From: Hydrolagus colliei
Taxonomy: Eukaryota
Direction: 5' to 3'
NCBI GenBank assembly: GCA_035084275.1
Contig: CM068742.1
Span: forward strand, 55,366,001 to 55,430,000
Length of the DNA stretch: 64,000 bases
Positions 25,461 through 39,875 of the stretch are shown piece by piece. A model generated the notes under the pieces. It worked only from the letters and a program-made list of their open reading frames with translations, was not told where the DNA came from and did no database searches. Position 1 is the first letter of the stretch, and each line of letters opens with the position of its first letter. Made by a program: the position numbers and the translations under genes.

Positions 25461-28400
25461 TTAGCATTGCAATCTTCCAGCTCAACTTCACGCACACCTC
25501 ACTACCTTTTTCTTCCTCTTGGGAGGTCTTTTGAAATATGGTACTCATTATCGAATAATGTTACAGTTAGGATGATGTGTTCCATAGTCATTATCTTTGT
25601 TCAATAAGAATATACAATTAATTGTGTTGGTACATTTAGTTTGGAGTAACCAAATCAATTCAGATCAGTTTTGTTGGTGCTGTAATTTGCATTTATAATC
25701 AAGTGAAATAATTTGAAGCTCCCAAACTCTTCACCTGCAGTATCTCAACTTGCATGTGTCATGACACGTATGGAGCTGGAATAAGACCCTCCTCTTCAAT
25801 AGTGCCTTCAGTCACCCTCCTCCCCTCCCTGCACTCCACCCTCCCCAATTCCGAGGGTCCGAAACTCTGATTGCCCAGAACCATGGGATGTCTTCCCGAC
25901 GTGAAAGGCACTATACAGATGTCATTTTGTTGTTGTCGTTGTTGAATAGAGTTCAAGTAATGGGTGATCATGGAATAGAAACATATTCTATGATGGCCTG
26001 ATCCAACAACCCACAAACAAAAGGGTTGTAAATGAGTAATTAAATTATCATGCTGTGTTATATATTTGTCTACTAAATATTTTTCTCAGGCATTAACCAT
26101 GTTTCAAAATATGGGTCTGGTATTGTAGGACAATGATGTGGTATGATACATGAAGTTTTCTTAGAAAACAAAACTGCAACATACACTTCAGTACTTCAGG
26201 GAACAGTTTTAGTTATCAGTTCAGTAAGAATGCAATTTCGAGGTTCAGTTAGTAACCCATTATAATTTGCTTAACCTTTTCATTAATAATCCAGTTCAGT
26301 TATTGAATTTAATAATGCATTTATCTTTGCTTACACAGTGTACATTTAATGTCTTTATAATAATAACCTTTTCAAACTAGATAAAAACAAATTATAATTC
26401 TAAATAATGTGAACAGGACAAACCGCTAAAAGATATTCTTATGCGAGACCCGATTCAGATTATGGATCCAATATCAATATTTATGGTAATAGAAACCAAA
26501 GAATCTTTGGAAATGCAGTCAATTTCGTTCACTAACAAAAGGTCATCCTATTCAATTTACACTTGATGCTGAATACAATATAGAGAAACAAAAAATTTAA
26601 GTAAATGATCTTATCTGCTTTTAGGCACTGGTATTTTGAGTACATAATCCAATTTGTTGATTGCCAAATAAATTTACCTCCACTATGCTCCAGACCCTGT
26701 GGCTGAGATTTATACAGGTTAATCTACAGGGAAACCCTGTCACAATACAGTCAGCTGGGTCCAAGATATGTCTGACCGCATTATAATCAAGGTCACAAAA
26801 TATGGCTGTTTTCCAGGTCACCAGGCCATCGATAACATCACTTCCTGTACAGTGAGTTGATGCTCACCATGCTTTGCTAGAGTCACTTCTGGCATCACAC
26901 GTTGTACATGCTTGCACTGAACAAGAAGCACCACCAATTATTTCTCTAATGGATAGTGCACATGTCTGGTTGCTGGACGAAGAGGAGGATCAGGATCAAC
27001 TTTGATGCCCTCCACAATCAATTTGTCAATGTTCACGCTCTAAGGTCACACATGAAAAATGACTTGAGTGAGAGACCAGTGAGCTCCTGGTTCTTGCAAG
27101 ATCCAGCGCCTTGGAGAGTACGAAACAGCGGGAAAATAGGTCGTAATAAATCCATGGTATTACTACAACCTGCAGATTGCAGAGAATCGAGGAGCTGTAC
27201 TAACATCAACATGTCTATGCAAGTTACTGTATGTTGTCACAGTAACCTGGAAATACATGGCTCTGCCAGCAATGAGCAAAACCCCGAAACAGCAAAGGAC
27301 TGCTTTTAAAACATCTTTTGAAATGTCAAACTACATCATGCAAGAAAATATCATAGCTGAGCACCTCCTCACAAAAGGTGTTTGGGTTTGCCATTGATAT
27401 CCAGTAGCAGACGGAAATTATCAGACAGCTTAATGGCTTAGTTTATCTGACCAGGTTAAAGGGACATAGAACTCAAAGGCTCTTAGATGAGCTTACTCTT
27501 TGACTAAAAATAGCATCCACAAAATATTTATCTTGCTTCAAGCTAGCACATTGTATTGGTAAAATACATTGTATTGTATTGGTAAAATAAAGCCCATGAA
27601 TTTGAATATTTTAACAATAGTACTTTTTTTGGAAATTAATTTTAATAATATTTTAAACAGATTTTGTATCAGCAGATATTGTATTTATCAAAGTACTGTA
27701 GTAACCTGGTATAAGTTGAATGTCAGTTAACTAATCAATGATTTGAATGACAGTATTGTGGCATTTTTAAAAATCACTTTTACACAGTTAAGAGAGACTT
27801 AACTAAAGTTTGGGGAGACGGCTGTACTGACACCAACATGAATTTGGATTGTGACTCCAACACTCTGTCCTCTACAACAAGTGAAGGCCTTTTATTATTA
27901 GATCTCCTTTGTCTCCAGTTTTAGTAAATGGTCAGGAATTCCTCACGTCTGCAGCACAATGATGGCGATCGTGCTGTGGAACATGCAAATGTTGCCAAGA
28001 AGAGATGGATTGGGCAGCACACACTTTGAGGTAAGGTGTGTGTGAACAGATACGTTAAACCTCAGACCTGCCAAGTAAAGTGGTAATGAATATGATGGAA
28101 TGTTTGCATAACAGGATTGTGACCTGCACATTTGTACTTTCCACATCATGTGCCTGGGAGTGGAAGACTACAGCAAGAAAAGCAGTTAAAGACTTGGTTG
28201 ACACAACATTTGCTCGAGCCTGACTCAAACACCTAAGCAAAGATTCAGTTTAAACACAAACTAATTGGTTCCTTGCAGAAAAATATGGTGAATTTCAACA
28301 GTAATTAAACACAAGCAAAAATACGTATTGTGATTGTTGTCTATTACTGAATGTCCTGCGCTATGCAATGATATGGTTTTATCCATTCCATCTCTGATCT

Positions 28401-31400
28401 CACAGTGAAATTTAGTTTTTAATGAGGCTATTGGAGGTGTTGACAAATGGAGGAAAAACACTTCACCAAAGGGTAGTGAGAGGGAAAAAAACCAAGGGCA
28501 AATTAACCTGTGCTGCTCATGCAGAACACCTACCACCTGACAACAAAACACCATTGGCAAAGAACGGGGAGTAGGCAAGGTCATCTATTCTAAAAGACAG
28601 AATTAGTGAATGGTGTAGGGTGACCTACAGGGGTAAAAGAGCATACATGAAGGTGCTGACACACTGCCTTTCACTGACACTCTAGAGGTAAATAATTTTG
28701 CTAATGCAAACAAACTTGGCATTCTGTGCTGGCAAAGGGATTTTCCATTATAATTGATCGAGGAGAATAGGAGTAGTGCATTTTTTAATATTCATTTGGA
28801 ACTTGCCAGATGGACCACAATAGTCTTTTTCAGGCCTGTGTATTCTTAGGCTGCAAATATAATGCCAATTCTAAAAGGGACGTTGAACAGAGAATGTCAT
28901 TTGTGATGCAGCTAAATGTTCATCAATAACACCAGCGGATATATTTATATAGTAGTTATAAAGCACCATTCATGTAGATAATCTTGAGGGCTTCACATTG
29001 ATGGGTTTGGATGCCAAGCAAGGGGGGGGGAGCAGAAGTGGTCGGAGCGAAGCATGCATAAAGGATGAACTGTATTAAAATGGAAGGTTGTTCTGCTTTG
29101 AGCTACCAAACTCAGTTATTCTGCTTCTCATTAATTTAGTACCGATAAAGAGATATTCCTCAACAGATCACAAGATACAACAAAACAAGCAAGGTTTACA
29201 TTGTCAAGCTTTTTCTAAAATGAATCAACTGCCATATCCATTTTCCTGGTCACCTGTTCTAGCTGTTGATTTTCCATCTATGTAAAGGAACACTTCCTCA
29301 TGTCTATCCTAAAATTGCACTTCACAATGTTGCATTAAAATTATTGTGATTTGGCAAACTATATTTTTGCCAAGAGGCAATTATAATAGAAATCTGCTAT
29401 TTTCCACATTATAACAAATACTAAATGTTCTAAAAGGGACAGATCTTCATGATAGAAAATATTTTGTGTGACGAACAAGGAAAACCCATTGAACTTGCAA
29501 ATACAATAAATACTGTGATGATATGCGAAAATGTCAGGATGCATTTCAGTACCATTCATGCTCTTTTGTTGTTTGTGCTTTACAATCAAATATGAAAATT
29601 ATAATCTTTATCTTCAAAATATCTTCAAAAGAAACCATATTTAAAATAACGTATATGTAGTTGTTTAATGGAAAGTGATGAAAAATTGTTCTAACTACAA
29701 GCCTCAGCTGTGGTTATTGCTGTGTTTAGGTGTTGTATTTCAGAAGTAGAGTGATATGTACAATTGTTACTAATACCAGCATATCTTTACACTACAGATC
29801 AGTAAACACCTCCATGGCATGTGAGTTTAATGATCCATGTACTTTTCTTTGTTGTAAAGGTCAGACCCCCTAAGGGATAATTCTATGAAGGTTCATGAAT
29901 AATCAGACCAGCAAAAAAACAAAACATTCTCACACGGCAAAGTCCATAAATGTACTGACCTTCAGAAAATTGTCCCTCTTATGTTGCACACGTACTCAGT
30001 GCTACCTCATGTACTATACTTCCAAGTTCAATTTCAGTGGATGGATAGAATTGACAAATCATGCAAATATGTCATGGAAGGCCAGTTGCTATCTCGCACC
30101 GGTTCCCAGTGTTTCATTCGCAGTTCATATCTCACTAAAGTTACTGCCTCAGGCTGCACTTCTTTTTCAAGAGAGAAAATGAATTTACAGAAAAAGTTTT
30201 GAAACTGCCTATTCTGGAAACAACTGCAGAGTAACAACAATAAAATGGGTCAAAAGTACTGCTAAGAAAACACTTAAAATTTAGGCAAAGCCACTCTACA
30301 AAGGATCTAGTAATCTTAAACGCAGAGTAAATTTAAGCGCGATAGGAATTAGTAACTTCTGCCTGAAACACACAGGCATTGTCAAGAAGTATCAGAATGT
30401 GATAGCATAGTTATACAGCGCAGCTTGTGTCTTATTAACATGATTGACATGTCGAAACAATGTGGGTTCTGCGGAATTCTCTAGTTGAAATCATAGAAAT
30501 AACTATCAGGAATGGGAGCTCTAGTTGGTATTCGAAATCCATACAAAATACACAGTCCTACACAATACAAGCATTTTGGATGTCCTCCTGATGTGAAAAG
30601 CACTAAACTAAATGGAAGTATGGTATTCTGGTTTTCCTTCCTCACTGAAACCAGTTGTAATACCTCATCTGCAACCTCATTGGAGATCATCCAACCTGGC
30701 ACAGAATTGTTGAAATCACTGTTAATATTTCAAAAACATATACCGTATGATGTCAATTTTCCTTTCTGTAATGCATTTAATTTGCGAATTTCTCCTCCTA
30801 ACTTAAAATTCAAAATTTCCAAAGTTCCTTGTGGTTCTTCTCTGAATGCTATTTAATGCCACAGAAACCGTGTAAAGAGGTTAGTCCAAATACTTTGGAA
30901 GTGGCCTTAATCAGGCAGTTAGAAAACTGGAGTAAGTTGGTTTCATGCATAGCTCAATGTGTTTTTGAGATGGAACTATCTGTGTTGGCTAGCTTTCTTG
31001 GCTAGCTTTGTTAAGGACAATGGGACACAAAAAAATGCTGATCACAAAAAAAACTGTTCTCTTATTTCTTTATTCCAGGAAAATAAATAATCCATTTATA
31101 AGAGACTCCACACTATTAATTGGTGACCCACTATCACCACCAAATCATTTTTATTCTCCATCATTTTCTAATGAATATTTAATATATCTTTTAAACAATT
31201 CAAAATTATTGTGACAAAGACAGTTGCCATTAATGAAAGTGACGCAAACAATTAATTCATTTTTTAAATAAAAAATCAATGTTGAGGAGATTAAATTCAA
31301 TCCATTTGTTTTTGAATAGGTTTTGAAATGCTATCATTGTTTCATTTTAGCACTAATCCATCTAGAATTAGTACACCCAAAAGTTATCCTGGGGTATGTT

Positions 31401-31789
31401 AAAACAATACATACAATAAAAGATGATATATAAAATACCCCTGTACCTTTCTTTGAAAAGAAAATCTCTCCTTTCACTTGTTTTCTATCAAGTTTATCCA
31501 ACATGGGAGTGTTAATTTAAATTTCTTGTATTGTACTTGTATTTTGAAGATAGTTTGCAGAATACTGCAGAAATAGTTACACTGTATGTAGCCATAAGAT
31601 TGGACATTTTACACTTATTAAAGTCTGTAAATCTTTAATTGCCTGCAACGCATTCTGTGGCTTAATTTTTTCAATGCTTTTTGTTCCTGCATATTCTGTT
31701 CCACATTGTCCCCTTGCTACCAGATGTTTGGATTCCTCAAATATCATAAGGTGAAAATTTGTGGTATTGCTTAATGTAACCACCCAGTG

Positions 31790-32055
31790 CCTTGGATCGA
31801 CAGCACTGGTCTCCTGCTCATCCCTTACACCTACGCCATCGGAGGTCGTGTTTTCAGCTACAAAGCTCTGAACACTCACTCAATCCCCCCATCTTGTCTG
31901 CTTTCTCCCCTTTTTGACGACCTGCCTGAAAACCTTCCTCTTTGTGCTTATGGCATCTCCCTCCCCTGGCTCAAAGTCAGGCTCCATCACTGCCACTGGT
32001 AAGTGCTCTGAGATGCTACCCTATGTGGAGGGTGCAAAATTAGTGCAAGTTGTAG
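31790..32055 (+). mobile_element. L2-type 3' end fragment
   Basis: ggtctcctgctcatcc...ggaggtcgtgttttcagctac...ctgaaaaccttcctcttt...gtaagtgctctgagatg L2 tail pattern. Confidence 0.55.
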
Positions 32056-33635
32056 TTATATTCCTTGTCTTAATTAGCACAAAGTGTTAAGGTATTCCAC
32101 AAATTTGCTCCAAAATCTCCTTACTTATGTCAGCAATGGATGTGCTATTCCTGGTCTATGAGCTACACAATTAGAATTCCTCTGCCTATGTTTACACTCC
32201 TCATATCAAGACCGAACTGACATTCCCACTTTATTGTAGTTTTCTGTTTCTTTTCACTCAGGCTGTTGGCAGCTGATCTAAAGCAGTGGATGTTTGTGGG
32301 TACGTAACACGGATCATCAGAGACAGGGGAGCTTTACAGAGCAATGTGTGGGGAGTTTATTCCATCTATTTATTATAGTTTAGTTTATTCCAATCTAAAT
32401 TAAAAAAAACACATGTTTGGATTTCTTGATGCTTTCCTGAACATGTAAATGTTACCTCCATGTAATATTTTAAGATGTGAGTCTCTGCTCCTCTCCATCA
32501 TTAGCTCTACTTTTCACCTCTTACAATTCAAAACAAGGGGGCATTGGTGACATAGATTCCGTGCAACTTTTGTAACTAGAGTCCTGCAAGGTCAGAGATT
32601 GACCTGCTAGAAATATAGATGGACGCTGTACAGTTTGTCTTCTTTGAAGCTGTATTACAGCTAAATGGGGTTCCTGACATTGGCTCAATCTGTGGCCAAG
32701 CAGAGTTGCAGTGGGATAGTCTCAGATACATCCTGATATCTACAAAATGAACTGGTTACAAATGTTTTGTTTCTATCACATGTTAAACTCCAAGACTGCT
32801 AACACATGACAACAAAGTGCTTGTTGGATTATTTCTTTAAAACACTGAAAGTTGTTAAAGATGAATAACACTCATGGTTAAGATGCTCTGTATCATATAA
32901 ATAGTTAACATTGGGGCTGCACATCTTTGATGTACATTCCTATTTTTAGATAATATTTAAAGATCTGATAATTTCTTAGATTCAACAAATATTCCAGCTG
33001 CATTTATATTTGCAATTCATACTGACAAAAAGCAGTCTGCGGTAATGCTATACTGTACTGTCATTGCTGTATTAGTCACTGCAGTAATATTGAGATTTTT
33101 TCAACAGTATCTAGCCACAAAGTAGTAGCACATCTGTATACATCATAGAGCTACTTCTGACTAAGAAAATAATCCTGTTGATCTATCTCAAAGTATTAAA
33201 TATGTCAAAGGCTCCATGCCAATCCATGAGTGATTTGGAGCATTAACCTTGCTATTTGAACAATCAATCCCAGTTTACTTTGAGTTTAACATTTTGCACA
33301 TCTTGTACATATTGCATTCCAAACCCAGTGTTAGATTTGCTGCTGACGAACAGGGTTGGCAGCACTCTTTTCCCAAGGTTTGCCATCTCACTCTGTATCC
33401 ATCCCACAGTACATGACTGACCTCAAGTGGCACTTCAGAAGCTCCTTGCCTCCTTTAAGTACTTTGACTGACAACTTACCATATATGGTGTCTCAGATGT
33501 AACTCCTTCCATTTTTCTGAAGCAGTATGTTAGCAGGTCAGTATGCCACTAGGTCACTTAATCCAGGTTTTCACTTTATGAAATCGGCGATTTAGTTGCT
33601 TACACTAATGAATACTCCTAGGCAATTTAAGATCA

Positions 33636-33943
33636 GGAGTCCTGCAGCTCAGTGGTGAGAGCACGCACTTTGCAAGCGAGAGACCTGGGTTCGATTCCCG
33701 GCAGGGCAAACCATGGCCAAGTTTCCATACTCCACATGCCTGATAATAATCCCTCAAGAAAAAAAAACCAATAATAAATTGGTCACTCAATCCACGACTG
33801 TTTGTGGGACATTGCTGTGTGCAATTGTCTGCTGCATTTTACCCATAAATATACAGTCAATTCACTTTACAATATATTCTGTGAAGCTCTTTGAGACGTC
33901 TAGAGGACATGAAAAGCATGATATGAAACGCAAGGATGATTGT
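33636..33943 (+). mobile_element. Full-length tRNA-derived SINE (SINE2-1_CM-like)
   Basis: ggagtcctgcagctcagtggtgagagcac...gcaagcgagagacctgggttcgattccc (Pol III A/B boxes) plus the shared L2-like tail. Confidence 0.88.
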
Positions 33944-35202
33944 CTTCAATTAAAATATATACATATTAATGATTTTTTTTTAAAAAGCGTAGGTTTCTAT
34001 TAATCATGTGATGCCTTGTTTCATTCCCTAATGCAACAAATGTTCGCAGTATGTATTCATATCATTGAGGCAGCTCCAAAACTGGCAAGACATCACGGGC
34101 GAGAAATTCCTCCTGCCAATGGCTGAATGCCCATGTCAGTGCACATTGTCAAAGTTTCTTGACATGAAACATTTCTCAACACATGAATCCAAAAGCTACA
34201 CCATTAAAGTTTAAATTTGTATACGTAATTTATTCAAATAAATTCTAAAAGATTTTTTAGGAGGGTATTGAAGGCATCAAAGCTTTTCTTATTTAAACAC
34301 ACTATAACTGCTTCAGCTTCCCTTACACTTAATCCAACCAACCTCCTGCCCTTGATTGTGTTAATACCTTTTAACTCCCTGCTAGATATTCATACTACAT
34401 TAATTTTAGAACATCTTTGGGTAACATGTGCGTGCATCGAGAAAATGCAATGAAGTGTAGTGGGAGGGATTTTATATTTAGATGATACGTGATAATGTCA
34501 TCGCCTGCAATGTTTTTAAAATCTATTTCATGGAGTTAATGTTACCATTGAGAGAAGATTGTATTGGGAAGAAAAAGTTTCAAGATGAACTTCAGCTTGC
34601 ACATTGATTCATTTCCCATTTGAATTTAATTTACTTACATTGTGTTCAGCACAAAGATAACATAATACAGGGTAGCTAGAATCTGTTGGAGTTGGTGGAG
34701 TTCCCTATTGAAGCCATGGCCACAACTTGCTTAACTCCCGTCTTCATCGCTCCTATATTATCGGGTCAGTCACTTGTGGAATATAAATTATAGCATTACA
34801 TAACCTAGGTAGGCACACATGCACCAATTCAAACTCCATGAGACCTTGCTCTTCAGCTCATTGCCAATTTAATGAAATTGATCACTTATTCTTGGTTTAC
34901 CTCTTCGACTCTGCCTATGCTTACCTCCTTCAGTCCCTTACTTGATGTCTGACCGTGCCACAGTGAATCGCTCTACACGAAAGGTGCTATGAAAAGGGAA
35001 GTTATTAATGTGTTTGCTGATATTGTGGAAATTACTTCAAGAACATTGTATTGGAACTTTTTTTCCAATTACAAACAGCCCTTTTAAAAGCATGTACCTT
35101 TTGAACAATAGCTTTGGATGAAGACTACTATGAACTGGGCAGACTGCCAATTCTTCCTAAACAGCAAAAGTAGTGATTTTTCCTGCTATTGTACTGGCTT
35201 AC

Positions 35203-35385
35203 CTCAAAGAGAGCCGCAGCTGACTCATTGCCATACTGGTTGGAAATGATTTCGGATTGGTCGCTGTACCACTTGAGTCCACCAAGAAAGTTTTCTGTGT
35301 CCAAGTCATTTACATCAAGCTCAGAAAGATCAAGTTCTGGGAGATCTGAACACAGGGGCTGGTCTTCACCAACTAAAGCCGCACA
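35203..35385 (-). CDS. PPARGC1A: PGC-1alpha exon 2 (acidic activation domain): CAALVGEDQPLCSDLPELDLSELDVNDLDTENFLGGLKWYSDQSEIISNQYGNESAAALFE
   Basis: ttag|TGT ... GAG|gtaag; 183 nt, phase 0/0; translated by hand, not in the ORF track. Confidence 0.97.
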
Positions 35386-36300
35386 CTAATGGAGAAAAAT
35401 ACAAAAAGGACAATGTGACTTTACAATATTTGACTTCACTAACCTAGCGCAGATGGTTTGTAAATCCATTCTGAATTGTAACCGTTTGCAGAATTTTAGT
35501 TCACTATTTTATGAAAAGCAAGGCACAGTATATTCCCAGACTTTAGCCAATGGAGCTGTCGGTGAGATAAGCGAAAGCCATACAACTTCCAATTCTCCTC
35601 TTTTGATTTCCACCCCAATTTATTCACTGAGTTGGAAGAAGCGGCCTGAATTGCTTGTTTTTGATATTGCAGAAAATTGGCTTCCCAAATTAAGACTGAA
35701 TTTAAGACTGCGTTCCAAAATTTCACATGATCTTAAATTTTGACAACCAGTCTCCAGCCTCAGAACATGAGAAATTGCAGCATTCAGATTTCCATTCTGC
35801 ACACATGCGCCAGCTTCCTCTTAAGAGTTTTTACAGCATATAACCCTTTTCAATTAGTACATAGTTCTGCCTTCATTTAATTAAATCAGATTGTTGTGAA
35901 AGGGCAACACAAAATTATGGTGTTCTCCATTAGTTTGAACTCTCCGTTATTTTTCATTCATAGGGGTATTTCCCCCATTTTCTACAGTGCTTCTACTTAC
36001 AGCATACAAATACTGAAGGCAGGGTCTGGATCTGACAAAGGGAACCCAGCCCTCAGATACTCTCAGTCCTTTATTCAAAGCACCAGTCTGCTGCTAATTT
36101 GAGCAGCTGAATCATTTCTCTTGTATGGCTTCATAAATAAGTGCTATTGTTTTCAAATTTAAAAGAATACAATTTTACCTAACCAGCTTCCTCCTGTAGT
36201 TAAAAATGTGTCTCATAAACCCAATGGTTGACAAAGTTGGGTATCTTTGTACTTACCTTTATACACTATTTACTTTCAGCCATCATTTGTTAATGCAACA

Positions 36301-36378
36301 ATATTATATATATATAAATATATACATATATATATTTTATATATGTATATCATATATGTATATATATATACATATATG
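36301..36378. repeat. Imperfect (TA)n microsatellite
   Basis: atattatatatatataaatatatacatata... Confidence 0.9.
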
Positions 36379-36379
36379 A

Positions 36380-37538
36380 TTTTCATATCGATATGCCAAT
36401 ATAGACATTTTTTAAATATCGATATATCGAAAAACGATATATCGAGGTAAAAAATCGGGATGCGAGCACAATCAACTACAAGACCCAGAATGCTCATCTC
36501 TATACACAATGCACAGACCGAGGTGCAAAGCCGCCATCTTGTATTCATAGTCCTCGAATACAATATACAGATGTGCAAGGGGTGGGGGGAGAGAGACGGC
36601 TGTGGCTGGGGGGGGTGAGGGGGAGAGAGACGGCTGGGGGGAGGGGGAGATAGACGGCTGGGGGGGGAGAGGGGGAGAGAGACGGCTGGGGGGGGGAGAG
36701 GGGGAGAGAGACGGCTGGGGGGGGAGGAGAGGGGGAGAGACGGCTGGGGGGGAAGGAGAGCGACGGCTGGGGGGAGGGGGAGAGGGGGAGAGAGACGGCT
36801 GCGGGGGGGAAAGGGGGAGAGAGATGGCTGGGGGCGAAAGGGGGAGAGAGATGGCTGGGGGGGAGAGGGGGAGAGAAACGGCTGGGGGGGAGAGGGGGAG
36901 AGAGACGGCTGGGGGGGGGGAGGAGAGGGGGAGAGAGATGGCTGGGGGCAAGAGGGGGAGAGAGATGGCTGGGGGGGAAAGGGGGAGAGAGACGGCTGGG
37001 GGGGGGAGGAGAGCGGGAGAGACGGCTGGGGGGGGGAGAGAGACGGCTGGGGGGAGGGAGAGAGACGGCTGGGGGGAGGGGGAGAGAGACGGCTGGGGGG
37101 GGAGGGGGAGAGACACGGCGGGGGGGCGGGGGGGGAGGGAGAAAGAGACGGCTGGGGGGGTGGTGGGGGAGAGAGATGACGGGGGTGGGGGGTGCGAGAG
37201 AGGGACGGCGGGGGGGGGGGGGGGGAGTGACGGGGTGGATGTGATAATATACAGATAGATAGAGATGGGGGGGGATGTGAGAGAGGAGAGAGGAAGAGAG
37301 ACATAGAGAGACACAGACAGAAAAACACAGAGATGGAGAGAGTGAGAGACACAGAGAGAGAAAGATATTTACCTCCTGAGAAGATAGGCCCCGAATGCAC
37401 GCGCATCCGGAACACGCGCGCATCGGATGCGCGCGCATGCGCAGTACGGAAAAACTGAAAATGTCGATATTTTGGTATATCTCGATATGTGCCGACCGAT
37501 ATGGATATATCGGGAAATTCCCATATTGCCGTTCCCTA
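36380..37538. mobile_element. CpG-rich non-autonomous DNA-transposon-like insert with CGATAT subterminal repeats and an internal minisatellite
   Basis: Clusters of (AT)CGATAT at 36386-36445 and 37463-37512; right end ...gccgttCCCTA; CpG density far above the flanks. No matching left TIR was found. Confidence 0.45.
36586..37230 (+). repeat. G-rich minisatellite, ~22 units of GAGAGAGA(C/T)GGCTG(G)5-10AGAGGGG (21-33 bp)
   Basis: Direct reading; it produces the spurious Pro/Ser- and Gly/Glu/Arg-rich ORFs in all frames. Confidence 0.95.
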
Positions 37539-39727
37539 GTCCATACCTCTGGAGACATAGTGCACACTCCATACCAGACAAACAAAAATGACATATACGT
37601 GGAAATCTCGACAAGTTGGTTTGGATACTCTTGGTGATAGACTTCCCCGTGTTTCAGACATCCGCTGACCCCCAAAAAACACATACCAATCAGAAGTGTT
37701 ATACAACATCCTCGTTATACAACTTTACCAGGTGCTGCTTGGCTTTCTGGTTTGAAAACATCGGGTCAGCATTTTGTGCAGAGGTTCCCATAATGTGACA
37801 TAATGAATGAAGAGGGCGGCCCATAATCCACCGTCCTCATTCATAAAAATGTCACTGCAACACAGGTTTGTGTTGTCACAATATGGGGCCTTCTACGCAG
37901 ATCGCTGATCTCTTCCCCCACCACCCACACCTACCTCACCTCCACCACTCAGCATTTTGTAAACTAAAGCAAGATAACAAGATACAATTTAACAACACTG
38001 GTTAAGATCGCAGACATTTCCAGTTAGAACATTTACAATCAGAGGATAATTCAAGTGACTTTATCCCTCAGCTGAAATATAATAAGAGAAAGTTTATAAC
38101 CTCAACCAAAAGCACTAAGCATAATATACTGTTACAAAATAGTTTGCACTGTTGCCCTTTAATTGATGTCAGTGGGCAACTCAGCAAAGATTATTTCCCA
38201 ACTGAAATTGCAATGCACGTTGTACAACCTGTTTCAGCTCCCGCTAAAATGGGTCATTTCATCATGTGTGAAATAAATATTGCTCAAAGTTGTATATATA
38301 TTTTTTAAAATCAATTGGAGTTTTCAGCTATAATTGCTAAACTACAGTATTGCCCCTCGGATTGCATAACCCATTTTGAGTGCTTATCAGTCACTTCTAT
38401 ACACTCAGGGCAATAGCTTTCTCCAATGCGGCTTATTGTTAGAGAATATTATATACCTATAGTGTAATATGATAAATGAGGTACCCAAAATATACCAGCT
38501 ACACAGCAATAGAGCTCAACACACTGACTTGCTAGATTTGCTCAACCATTATCTGCTCTCCCTAAAGCAACAGTCACCATCACAGTATTTCCACATATTG
38601 TAGGCAAAATTGCAATTAATATCATAACATGTTGTGGTGATTTAATTTAGCTTAATTCCATATGACTTTCCACGTAACTCATAATCGAATGAAAATGAGA
38701 GCTTGCAAATCCTAAACTTATGTGTCGCAGGCAGCCTTTGGGGCTGCAAGGAGTCTGTTAAATTCCCAGCACCTATGAATTGGGAAACAATATATTTATG
38801 TGGTGTAGGTTGGCTGGTAAGCAAAACTACTCAAAAGGCATGTAGAACAAATATACTTGTGCCAACGGGTCCAACTTCTGCATTATGACAATTACTTTGA
38901 AAGAAAACACAGGCAAGAAGAAGCTTCTGCTGCAGGAAAGCTTATATTCTGTGTTTAGCAAAAGGTGTCTCAAGATTATCACAAGGTTAGCTGCAATCTT
39001 CTTGCCAATACGAGTATTTCAGAATCTCAACATGAACACATAAAACCCCTTATAGAGCCATAAACTTACTACTAGCATACCCTGGAGAGCAACTACGAAC
39101 CTGCCTGCTTTTTCTTCATGAATTGTTCCCATGCAGGTGATACTGACTTGATATATTGGCATCTATTTTTACATTAGCAGCAGCAGTCTTTCCATGTAGA
39201 CCTTCTGTAGCTGCTGCACTGCCCACTGTGGATGCTCTAGATCTAACATTTTCTTTTTCAATACAAAAAAAATCCTGCAGATCCACGAGCAAAACTATTG
39301 TGTAGCAAGCGTCCAAGCTTGGGAAATGATCAGAATCTAAAGTGCATCGAAAACTAAACCCTTGGTGTATTCTCACCGTGCCCACTGCCTTCATTTACTC
39401 CAGCATTCTGACGGCTGGTGGCATTGTGTCAGACAGATTACCGAATGGCAGTGAGATTTTACGTTGCATCTGAACCTCATGACACAAGTTGTTTCAGAAC
39501 TGAGCATTTCAATGAAAAGGCTGTGTCACCTATCACAGCTACGAGAAGCCACAACGTATCTAATTGCATTTCAAACTAAGGAGATACTAATAAAGCACCC
39601 AGCACAAAATTAATACACCGCGTAAAGTAGTATAAGATTTACAGCATGCTGAAGTCTTAATGTGATGTTTTGAGAGCTTTAGTAAAGCTGGTTCTCTCAG
39701 ATGAAAATGAAAGCAGAATTCACTTGC

Positions 39728-39875
39728 ACATACATACATACATGCATACATGTATGCATGCATACATGCACGCACGCATGCATACACGTATTCATGCATA
39801 CATGCATACATACATGCATACATACATGCATACATACATGCATACATACATGCATACACACATGCATACATATAT
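39728..39875. repeat. (TACA/TGCA)n compound microsatellite (catgcatacata units) running into the gap
   Basis: catacatgcatacatacatgcata... Confidence 0.95.

Noticed and set aside
33636-33710. tRNA-like sequence (also 42543, 42847, 46571, 41560-41634)
   Set aside because: SINE heads: they run directly into the shared SINE body and tail and lack a proper acceptor stem.
36276-37684. Long Pro/Ser-rich and Gly/Glu/Arg-rich ORFs (218-379 aa) on both strands
   Set aside because: Open only because the G/C minisatellite lacks stop codons; several frames are open and there is no domain or splice logic.
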